Assembly: GCA_963747115.1 (NCBI GenBank)
Contig: CAVVEB010000006.1
Coordinates: 138,115-202,114 of the forward strand
Direction: 5' to 3'
Source of the DNA: an uncultured delta proteobacterium
Lineage (GTDB): Bacteria > Desulfobacterota > Binatia > Binatales > Binataceae
Length of the DNA: 64,000 nt
In this document: piece by piece, positions 56,619 to 64,000 of the stretch
Numbering within the stretch: position 1 is the first letter of the stretch
How the letters are laid out: every line of letters starts with the position of its first letter
Notes under the pieces: generated by a model
Told to the model about the DNA's origin: nothing
Databases searched by the model: none
Seen by the model: the letters and a program-made list of their open reading frames with translations, nothing else
Position numbers and translations under genes: made by a program

Positions 56619-58349
56619 ATGGCCGAACGGACAACCAACACCCGTCGAACCATAAACGGAATTCTGTCATTTGTCGCGCTCGCCACGATAATCGCGTTGT
56701 TCTTCGAATTTCGTCATCGCGTATCGATTAGTCACCCTCCGAAGTTCAGCGTTTCGATCAGCCATCTTCCGTACTACGCGTTCTGTTCTTTTTATCGGAT
56801 GTTGGCGGCATACGTCATCTCGCTGGTCTTCTCGATTGTCTACGGTCTCGCCGCGACCCGCAGCCGCCTGTGGGAGCGAGTACTTATTCCGGCGGTCGAT
56901 ATCGCGCAATCGGTTCCGGTAGTAGGATTCTTCCCCGCCGCGGTTTACTTCTTCGTAGCGTTGGCGCACGGCAGCCGGCTCGGCATCGAGATGGCCGCCA
57001 TCTTTCTGATCTTCACCAGCCAGGCATGGAACATGACGCTGGGGGTGTTTGAGGCGATCAGAACCATTCCGGGCGACTCGGTCGAAGTGCTCGACGCCTT
57101 CGGGGTTAGGGGATGGCTTCGCCTCAAGCGCCTTCTTCTTCCCGCGATGGTTCCAAAACTGGTTTACAACTCCATCCTGTCCTGGGTGGCGGGATGGTAC
57201 TTCCTCATCGCGTGCGAAATCATCACGGTTGGTCCCGCGCACTATCGGCTTCCCGGGCTCGGCAGCTACCTGATGGAGGCCGCGGATCGCGGTGAGAACC
57301 TGAACCTGCTCAGCGGATTGATCACGCTGCTCATAATAATCACGCTGATGGATGTAGTTTTTTGGCAACCTCTCACCTCCTGGTCGGAAAAATTTCGCTA
57401 CGAATTTGCCGCATCGCCTGCACCGGCTGTCTCGTTTGGGATGACCGAGGTGTTCCGCGCAATCGGTCCCGAGGTTACCCGCGCACTGCGCACCTTCCTA
57501 CGACCGGTTACACGCGCGATTTCCGACCTGACGGCGCGGGTGCCACGCCTACCGGCCACGTACGAGATGCCTGCGATAGCGCACCTCGCTGCGGTTAGTC
57601 GAATAGTAATCGTCACCGGGGTCGCGCTTTTCTTCATATACGGTATCGGCGAGGGAATCATGGCGCTGATTCATACGCTCGCGCAGCCGTGGCCTCGTCA
57701 GGTGAGACTGATTCCGATAGCCACCTTTTATTCTTCGCTGCGAATGGTGGTCGCGTATGCGATTTCGCTAGCATGGACACTGCCGGTGGCGCTCGCCGCG
57801 AGCGACAGTGTTCGTTTCAAACGCGTGATCGCTCCCGTCGCGGAGATCGTAGGCTCGCTTCCGGCAACGGCTTTGTTTCCGGTAATCGTGGTATTCGTAA
57901 TCAAGGTTACCGGCGGAATGAATCTCGCCTCGATCCTGCTAATCCTTACCGGAATGCAATGGTACCTGATGTTCAACCTGCTGGCGGGTGTGAATCAGGT
58001 GCCCGAGGATTTGAAGGAGGCGGCGCGCGCTTTCGGACTTTCCCGTGTCGCCACCTGGCGCAAGCTCACCATTCCGGCGCTGACGCCGTCACTGATAACC
58101 GGCAGTATCACCGCATGGGGCGGCGGCTGGAACGCACTGATACTTTCGGAGTACTTCATTTATCGCAGTCACACCTATCAGGTGATGGGTCTCGGCGCCC
58201 TACTCGACGTGGCTACGTATGAGACCGGCAACGGCGTGATGATCCTGCTGAGCCTGCTATCTATGATCGCGATAGTGTTATTCTTGAATCACTTTGTATG
58301 GCGGCGAATGTACGACCTCGCGGCAGAACGCTACCGCATTGACTATTGA
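56619..58349 (+). CDS. ABC transporter permease with duplicated NitT/TauT-type transmembrane domains
   Basis: 576 aa with two BPD-transporter-like halves; the EAA-like loop ...EAARAFGLSRVATWRKLTIPA is in the second half. Confidence 0.75.
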   Translation: MAERTTNTRRTINGILSFVALATIIALFFEFRHRVSISHPPKFSVSISHLPYYAFCSFYRMLAAYVISLVFSIVYGLAATRSRLWERVLIPAVDIAQSVPVVGFFPAAVYFFVALAHGSRLGIEMAAIFLIFTSQAWNMTLGVFEAIRTIPGDSVEVLDAFGVRGWLRLKRLLLPAMVPKLVYNSILSWVAGWYFLIACEIITVGPAHYRLPGLGSYLMEAADRGENLNLLSGLITLLIIITLMDVVFWQPLTSWSEKFRYEFAASPAPAVSFGMTEVFRAIGPEVTRALRTFLRPVTRAISDLTARVPRLPATYEMPAIAHLAAVSRIVIVTGVALFFIYGIGEGIMALIHTLAQPWPRQVRLIPIATFYSSLRMVVAYAISLAWTLPVALAASDSVRFKRVIAPVAEIVGSLPATALFPVIVVFVIKVTGGMNLASILLILTGMQWYLMFNLLAGVNQVPEDLKEAARAFGLSRVATWRKLTIPALTPSLITGSITAWGGGWNALILSEYFIYRSHTYQVMGLGALLDVATYETGNGVMILLSLLSMIAIVLFLNHFVWRRMYDLAAERYRIDY

Positions 58350-58402
58350 AGGGACCCTGAGGTCGGCGAGTTATTGGAAATGGGCGAGACGGAACCTCCA
58401 CT

Positions 58403-59161
58403 ATGGCACTGCTCGATCTCAAGCGCGTCTCCAAGGGCTACCCGCACGGCAAAGGAGTGCTGTCAGTCCTCGAAGACATTTCATTTTCCATTGAGGAAGG
58501 CGAGTTTATCGCGATCGTCGGGCCGTCGGGTTGCGGCAAATCCACGCTGATAAGAATCATTAACGGAATCGTGCCGGCGACTTCGGGACAAGTTCTCTAC
58601 AACGGGCGACAGGTCGATGGAATCAACCTGGAGTGTGCGCTGGTGTTCCAATCGTTCGCGCTGATGCCATGGATGACGGTCAAGGCCAATGTGGAAATGG
58701 GACTTGAGGCGCGCGGCATCAATCCTCCGGAGCGCGAACGCATTGCGGGTATCTACATCGACAAGGTCGGGCTCGACGGTTTCGAAGAGGCCTATCCAAG
58801 GGAACTTTCAGGCGGCATGAAGCAGCGGGTCGGTTTCGCGCGCGCGCTCGCAGTCGAGCCCAAGGTTCTGCTGATGGACGAGCCCTTTTCCGCACTCGAT
58901 GCGCTAACCGCGATCACGTTGCGTGAGGAACTCCTCGATATCTGGCACTCGCCCGATATGTCGGTACACACGCTGGTGATGGTCACGCACATTATCGAGG
59001 AGGCGGTAGAACTGGCGGATCGGATTATCGTGATGTCGTCGCATCCGGGACGCGTCGCCGCCGGTATCAAAGTCGAAATTCCGCGCCCGCGTGATCGCCG
59101 CACCGACACCTTCAATCAGCTGGTTGACAAGGTCTTCTCGCTGATCGAGGAGCGCGCCTGA
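58403..59161 (+). CDS. ABC transporter ATP-binding protein (nitrate/sulfonate/bicarbonate type)
   Basis: Walker A GPSGCGKST; signature LSGGMKQRV; Walker B LLMDEPFSALD. Confidence 0.9.
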   Translation: MALLDLKRVSKGYPHGKGVLSVLEDISFSIEEGEFIAIVGPSGCGKSTLIRIINGIVPATSGQVLYNGRQVDGINLECALVFQSFALMPWMTVKANVEMGLEARGINPPERERIAGIYIDKVGLDGFEEAYPRELSGGMKQRVGFARALAVEPKVLLMDEPFSALDALTAITLREELLDIWHSPDMSVHTLVMVTHIIEEAVELADRIIVMSSHPGRVAAGIKVEIPRPRDRRTDTFNQLVDKVFSLIEERA

Positions 59162-59646
59162 TGCCCCAGTCGATCAATCCGATTCCGGATTGCCAGTTGA
59201 CCTGGGTCTTCGGCCTGCTCGAGACGCTCGAAGATCGCGGCGGGCGCGACGATGGTTATAGAATCGCGCGGGATCTCCAGTTCAACTTTTCGGATCTTCT
59301 GAAAGTGATGAAAGCGGCCGAAATCCTCGGCTTCGTGAGCACGCCGGAAGGTGACGTGGTGCTGGAGCCGCTGGGGAAGAAACTTCTCGAGCTCGATGTC
59401 AATCAGCGAAAATTGCTGGTCCGCGAGCGGCTCAAGAAGCTCTCGCTGTTCGCCTATTTCGTCGCCCTGCTGCGCGGGCAGGAAGGTCACTCCATGCAGA
59501 AGGAAGTTGTGCTCGATCATCTGGCGATACTTCTGCCCAACGAACGTCCGCAGAAGCTCTTCAACACCATTGTAAATTGGGGACGCTATGCGGAGCTTTT
59601 CGGCTATAACAAGGATGAGGATCGATTCTACCTCGATCACGAATGA
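59161..59646 (+). CDS. Stand-alone AAA-associated domain protein (a domain normally fused to the C-terminus of this ATPase type)
   Basis: 161-aa ORF whose ATG shares one base with the ATPase TGA (TGATG). The sequence GLLETLEDRGGRDDGYRIARDLQFNFSDLLKVMKAAEILGFV fits my memory of the AAA-associated C-terminal domain. Confidence 0.5.
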   Translation: MPQSINPIPDCQLTWVFGLLETLEDRGGRDDGYRIARDLQFNFSDLLKVMKAAEILGFVSTPEGDVVLEPLGKKLLELDVNQRKLLVRERLKKLSLFAYFVALLRGQEGHSMQKEVVLDHLAILLPNERPQKLFNTIVNWGRYAELFGYNKDEDRFYLDHE

Positions 59647-59680
59647 TTCCGGCGCAGATAATTTTCAGGAGGTAACCGCC

Positions 59681-60052
59681 GTGAGCAACGATGCCGAAAA
59701 AGTCGTCAACGAATTCTGCAAAGCATTCGAGCGCAAAAACCTCGAAGAAATCATGGACTACTTCACCGACGATGCCGTCTACCACAACATGCCGATGGAG
59801 CCGGCCAAGGGTAAGGACGCCATCAGGAAGACTCTCAACACTTTTTTGCCAATGGCTTCGCACGTCGAATTCAAGATCATGAAGACCGCGTCGAACGGAA
59901 ATATCGTCCTCAATGAACGGATGGACATGTTTGACGTAGGCGAAAAGCGCATCGAGCTTGCGGTCGCAGGCGTCTTTGAAGTACGCGGGGGGAAAATCAC
60001 TTTGTGGCGCGACTACTTCGACCTCCAATCGTGGACCAGGCAGATGGCATAA
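59681..60052 (+). CDS. Limonene-1,2-epoxide hydrolase / SnoaL-like fold protein
   Basis: VVNEFCKAFERKNLEEIMDYFTDDAVYHNMPMEPAKGKDAI...NERMDMF...GVFEVRGGKITLWRDYFD. I place the start at the GTG at 59681, 8 nt after AGGAGG. Confidence 0.7.
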   Translation: MSNDAEKVVNEFCKAFERKNLEEIMDYFTDDAVYHNMPMEPAKGKDAIRKTLNTFLPMASHVEFKIMKTASNGNIVLNERMDMFDVGEKRIELAVAGVFEVRGGKITLWRDYFDLQSWTRQMA

Positions 60053-60074
60053 GGTTCCCGCGCTGGATATTGGA

Positions 60075-62006
60075 ATGTCTTCGCGGGTCACTCGCGCGAT
60101 CATCGGCACCGCCGGTCATATCGATCACGGCAAGACCGCGCTAATAAAAGCGCTGACCGGACAAGATACCGATCGGCTCAAGGAAGAAAAGGAGCGCGGG
60201 ATCTCGATCGATCTCGGATTCGCCTATCTCACCCTGCCAGGCGGTTTCCGCGCCGGTATCGTCGACGTTCCCGGGCACGAACGTTTCATTCGTAACATGC
60301 TCGCTGGCGCCCACGGGATCGATCTCGTGCTGTTCGCGATCGCGGCTGACGACGGCGTAATGCCGCAAAGCGAGGAACATCTCGACATTCTCCATTTGCT
60401 CGGCGCCCGCCGGGGAATTTTCGTGATCACAAAAGCCGACCTGGCCGACGGCGCCCGAATCGCCGAGGTGCGCGACGAGATCAGGCTGTTCTGTGAGGGA
60501 ACCACGCTCGCGGGCGCGCCGGTAATTGCGGTTTCCTCTATTACCGGATCGGGACTGGAGAATCTTCGTGCGGAAATAATTCGCCAGCTCAGCGGGTTCG
60601 AAGGGCGTCGTGAGAGCGGAATTTTCCGGCTGCCATTGGATCGGGCCTTCGTCATTAGGGGACACGGCGTCGTGGTAACTGGAACCGCTACGGGGTCGAC
60701 CGTCGCGGTTGGACAGAAACTTCGCGTGCTACCGGGCGGCACTGAGATGCGCGTGCGCTCGGTTCAGGTACACGGCGAAGCAGTCGAAAAGGCTGAGCTG
60801 AGTCAGCGGGTTGCGCTCAATCTGACCGGCGCAGAAAACATCAAGCTGAAGCGCGGCGATGTCCTCGTCGATGAGCGTCTTGAACTCACGACTGCGCGGT
60901 TCGATGCGATCGTGGAGATTCGCCCTTCGGTGAAACGGCCGTTCAAGAACAACGAACGGATTCGCATCTTCATCGGAACCGCCGAGGTTTTGGGACGCGC
61001 TATTGTCCTCGATGAGCGCGGCGCGATCGCTCCCAAAGTGCGCGGCCTCGTCCAACTCGTCCTCAACGAAACAGTGGTTGCGCTTTCCGGCGATCGATTC
61101 ATCATCCGCGATCGAACCAACGTTCGTACACTCGGCGGCGGCATGGTGCTGAATCCGATCGGGCGCAAATTCCGCAAGCCGCTCAACGCCTATCGAAACA
61201 ATCTTGACACACTCGTATCCGGATCGGATGCCGGCGCGATCGAGGCGTTGCTGAGTCTGCAGGAAGTTCTCGCACTCACGCCGGTTCATATCGCTCAACT
61301 TTTGAATCGTCCCGTCGCCGAGGTTGAAACCGCGTTGAAAGACGCTCGCTTCGTGAAGCTACCGATCGGCGATGAGCGAGGCTACACCACCGGGCTCAAA
61401 TGGGCAGAGGTGAAAACCGCGGCGCTCGCCGCGGTCATGAAGCATCATGCCGCAGAGCCGCTGTCACCCGGAATCGAGATGGAAGCTCTTCGAGCACGTC
61501 TGCCATACGAAGTCGGTGCGCGCGACTACCGGGCTGTGGTCGATCGGCTTGCACAGGATACTGAAATAGTGCGCGAGGAACATAAGCTGCGCCTCAAACC
61601 TCATCGGGTTAATGCGGGAGAAAGCGATGGAGAGCTGGTGGCGCAGGTCGAAACCCGCTTGCGCAGCGCCGGATTCCAGCCGCCGGAACTTAAGCAACTC
61701 GCACAGGAGCTAAAGTTTGCGCCGAACCAGATCGGAAAGCTTCGCAGCCTGCTCGCCGCACTCGAGCGAGAAGGAAAAGTTTTCAAAATAGCGACCGATC
61801 TTTATTTCGCACGTGACGCGGCGGACGCTGCGCGCATCAAACTCATCGAACATCTGCAAAAGCACTCCGACGTCACTGCCGCGGCCTATCGCGACATTCT
61901 CGGCGCGTCGCGAAAATTTGCGATCGCGCTGCTCGACTACTTCGATCATACGGGCGTGACGACGCGGGTGGGCGACAGCCGCAAACTCCGAGCAAAACCC
62001 GTTTGA
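60075..62006 (+). CDS. selB: Selenocysteine-specific translation elongation factor
   Basis: G-domain IIGTAGHIDHGKT, DVPGHERF, TKAD, followed by a long winged-helix C-terminal extension. I place the start at the ATG at 60075. Confidence 0.88.
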   Translation: MSSRVTRAIIGTAGHIDHGKTALIKALTGQDTDRLKEEKERGISIDLGFAYLTLPGGFRAGIVDVPGHERFIRNMLAGAHGIDLVLFAIAADDGVMPQSEEHLDILHLLGARRGIFVITKADLADGARIAEVRDEIRLFCEGTTLAGAPVIAVSSITGSGLENLRAEIIRQLSGFEGRRESGIFRLPLDRAFVIRGHGVVVTGTATGSTVAVGQKLRVLPGGTEMRVRSVQVHGEAVEKAELSQRVALNLTGAENIKLKRGDVLVDERLELTTARFDAIVEIRPSVKRPFKNNERIRIFIGTAEVLGRAIVLDERGAIAPKVRGLVQLVLNETVVALSGDRFIIRDRTNVRTLGGGMVLNPIGRKFRKPLNAYRNNLDTLVSGSDAGAIEALLSLQEVLALTPVHIAQLLNRPVAEVETALKDARFVKLPIGDERGYTTGLKWAEVKTAALAAVMKHHAAEPLSPGIEMEALRARLPYEVGARDYRAVVDRLAQDTEIVREEHKLRLKPHRVNAGESDGELVAQVETRLRSAGFQPPELKQLAQELKFAPNQIGKLRSLLAALEREGKVFKIATDLYFARDAADAARIKLIEHLQKHSDVTAAAYRDILGASRKFAIALLDYFDHTGVTTRVGDSRKLRAKPV

Positions 62007-62023
62007 ATCGTGTATAAACACGC

Positions 62024-63097
62024 ATGGCAGAAAAGGACAATAGCAACGCGGGCCGTGGCCAAATCATTCGGCTAACTGAGCGCTGCAAGGCAGCGGGTTG
62101 CGCCGGCAAGTTGGGTCCGGCGGACCTCGGCGCGATGCTGGCCGGATTCGAGGTGGCCACCGATCCCAATCTCCTGGTAGGAATCTCAACCGGCGACGAC
62201 GCCGGAGTTTATCGCATCAACGACGATCTCGCGATCGTCAGCACGGTGGATTTTTTCACTCCGGTCGTCGATGATCCGTTCACCTACGGACAGATCGCCG
62301 CTGCCAACGCGATGTCCGACGTTTACGCGATGGGCGGGCGTCCCATCACCGCGCTTAATCTGGTGTGCTGGCCGCAATCCGGTCTGCCTCGCGAGATGTT
62401 GAACGAGATTCTTCGCGGCGGAAGCCAAAAGGCTAAAGAGGCTCGCGTGCTGGTCGTCGGCGGTCATAGTGTCGGTGACGAGGAAGTGAAATATGGGATG
62501 GCGGTCACCGGCGTCATCGACCCCAAGCGCGTTGTTCGAAATGTCGGCGCCAAAGTTGGCGACGCGCTCGTCCTCACCAAGCCGCTCGGCACGGGCACCC
62601 TGTTGACGGCCTTCAAGCGCGATCGGCTCGCTCGTGAGTATTACGATTCCGCAGTGGCGACTATGCTGCAACTGAATGCGCGCGCCGCCGAAGTGATGCT
62701 GAAGTACCAGGTGCACGCGGCGACCGACATTACCGGCTTCGGGCTGACCGGGCACGCTTCCAAAATGGCCGATGGCAGCGGCGTCACGCTCGTGTTTGAG
62801 GAATCGGACCTACCGCTTTTGCCCGGCGCTATCGAATGTTGCCGCGACGGCTTCATACCGGGGGGCGCTACACGCAATCGCGAATTTTATGGGCCTCAGG
62901 TGAAAATCTCGGAAGAAGTTTCCGACGAAATGAGCGCGATGGCTTTCGACCCACAAACTTCGGGCGGACTTTTGATTGCGGTTCCCGCCGATGAGGCGAC
63001 ACCGATGGTCGCGGAGCTTCACCGCGCCGGGGTCAGCGAAGCGTGCGCGATCGGGCGGGTCACAGATTCATCGGGCTTTGCAATCGAGATCGTTTGA
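62024..63097 (+). CDS. selD: Selenide, water dikinase (Cys-type active site)
   Basis: N-terminal CKAAGCAGKLGPADL (Cys/Lys catalytic loop, Cys rather than Sec), DDAGVY, VGGHS. AIR-synthase-like fold. Confidence 0.9.
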   Translation: MAEKDNSNAGRGQIIRLTERCKAAGCAGKLGPADLGAMLAGFEVATDPNLLVGISTGDDAGVYRINDDLAIVSTVDFFTPVVDDPFTYGQIAAANAMSDVYAMGGRPITALNLVCWPQSGLPREMLNEILRGGSQKAKEARVLVVGGHSVGDEEVKYGMAVTGVIDPKRVVRNVGAKVGDALVLTKPLGTGTLLTAFKRDRLAREYYDSAVATMLQLNARAAEVMLKYQVHAATDITGFGLTGHASKMADGSGVTLVFEESDLPLLPGAIECCRDGFIPGGATRNREFYGPQVKISEEVSDEMSAMAFDPQTSGGLLIAVPADEATPMVAELHRAGVSEACAIGRVTDSSGFAIEIV

Positions 63098-63120
63098 ATC
63101 GTCCGCTTCTGATTTTGCGG

Positions 63121-64000
63121 CTAGCTGCGAATCAGGGGTATTACTTCTTTTGCAAATTGTTCCAACTGTCCGTCGCGATCCGATGGATGCGAAATGACAT
63201 CGATCCCGACGTCGCGGATCCCCGCCTTGATGAATTCAGCGATTCGCGCGGCCACGTCCGCGGTCTTGCCGATGGCGGCGTATCTTTTTGCCGGTTCGCG
63301 GAAATCCATCGCGTACCGTTTACTCAGATGATTCGCCGATACGTCGAGCGCTTTTTCGTAACTCGCCCCTAGCGTAGTGAAGAGATGTATCGAGGTACCG
63401 AAGCGCTCAATTTTGCGCCCTGACTTTTGCGCCTCGCGGGCGATAAACTCGAGGCCGTCGGTGACGCGCTTGGGGGTAACGGCATACGGCATCCATCCGT
63501 CACCGAGAGTCGCCGCGCGTTTCAGCGCGGCCTCGGAACGTCCTCCACCCAAACCGGGGGACCGCCGAGCGAGGCAGGTTTCGGCAGCATTGTGACCTTG
63601 CCGAAGCTGAAATATTTTCCGCGATATTCCACCGGCTCGCCGGTCCATAGTCGTTTGATGATTTCAATTCCTTCATTGGCACGCCCGCCGCGCTGATTCA
63701 CCGCAACTCCACACGCCTCGTACTCGGAGGGAAATTCGCCGCCGACGCCGACTCCAAAAATGAAACGTCCCGCGCCCATCAAGCGATCGATCGTGGCAAC
63801 AACTTTCGCAACGGTGACTGGATGGCGCAGCGGTAGCAGATAGATGCTGGTGCCGAAGGTGAGATTTGGATTGAGCGCCGAAAGATAGCTGAGCTGGACA
63901 AGTGGGTCGCTAATCGGGCCGGTGAATGCAACATGGTCGCCAGACCAAATCACTTCGTAGCCCAAGCCGGAAAGCGAGTTGACGGTCCTCAGAGCTTGCT
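63121..64000 (-). pseudogene. Luciferase-like (LLM class) flavin/F420-dependent oxidoreductase; frame broken at about 63541-63549; the 5' end lies beyond the window
   Basis: ORF 63522..63965 (open upstream to the window edge) reads ...LGYEVIWSGDH...MLPKPASLGGPPVWVEDVPRPR*. ORF 63121..63648 continues in another frame as GGRSEAALKRAATLGDGWMPY.... Adding one G restores the canonical PPVWVGGRSEAALKRAA. Confidence 0.75.

Overview
GC-rich bacterial chromosomal window, about 70 supportable features. I could not assign it to a lineage from sequence alone.

Core content:
- Housekeeping genes: lon, purN, folK, gpsA, argH, initiator tRNA-fMet.
- Lysine genes at three loci: a DapL-like aminotransferase; dapB; and dapA-dapF-lysA.
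- Selenium genes: selB-selD.
- One long respiratory operon, 22.8-34.1 kb: Alternative Complex III (actA, B, C, D, F; no actE) followed directly by a caa3-type oxidase (coxB with a cytochrome c domain, fused subunit I/III, subunit IV, ctaG).
- Others: a broken MBOAT gene with a DltD-like partner, a GH1 beta-glucosidase, two acyl-CoA dehydrogenases, a binding-protein-less NitT/TauT-type ABC system, and a GT-C glycosyltransferase.

Most interesting signals:
1. 14.76-20.03 kb: an array of small, lower-GC insertions downstream of purN, with no integrase. Each junction carries a decaying copy of the ancestral junction (purN 3' end, intergenic spacer, DUF1330 5' end). The cargo is DUF2252, a Panacea (DUF4065) antitoxin with an unclassified 91-aa partner, DUF3800, and an orphan two-gene module.
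2. 44.24-46.96 kb: a 2.7-kb islet bounded by the 3' end of tRNA-fMet and a 20-nt copy of it. It carries a MEDS-sigma54 activator and has no integrase.
3. Four single-base frame breaks in otherwise well conserved genes: MBOAT (two), actA (one), LLM oxidoreductase (one).
4. 11-nt-phased GAGCAACA repeat arrays at two loci.
5. Two neighbouring membrane proteins with Pro/Thr/Ser/Ala-rich tails, one of them the GT-C enzyme.

No CRISPR array, rRNA gene, transposase or recombinase gene was seen. All family calls rest on my reading of the translated ORFs and remembered family signatures; no database search was run.
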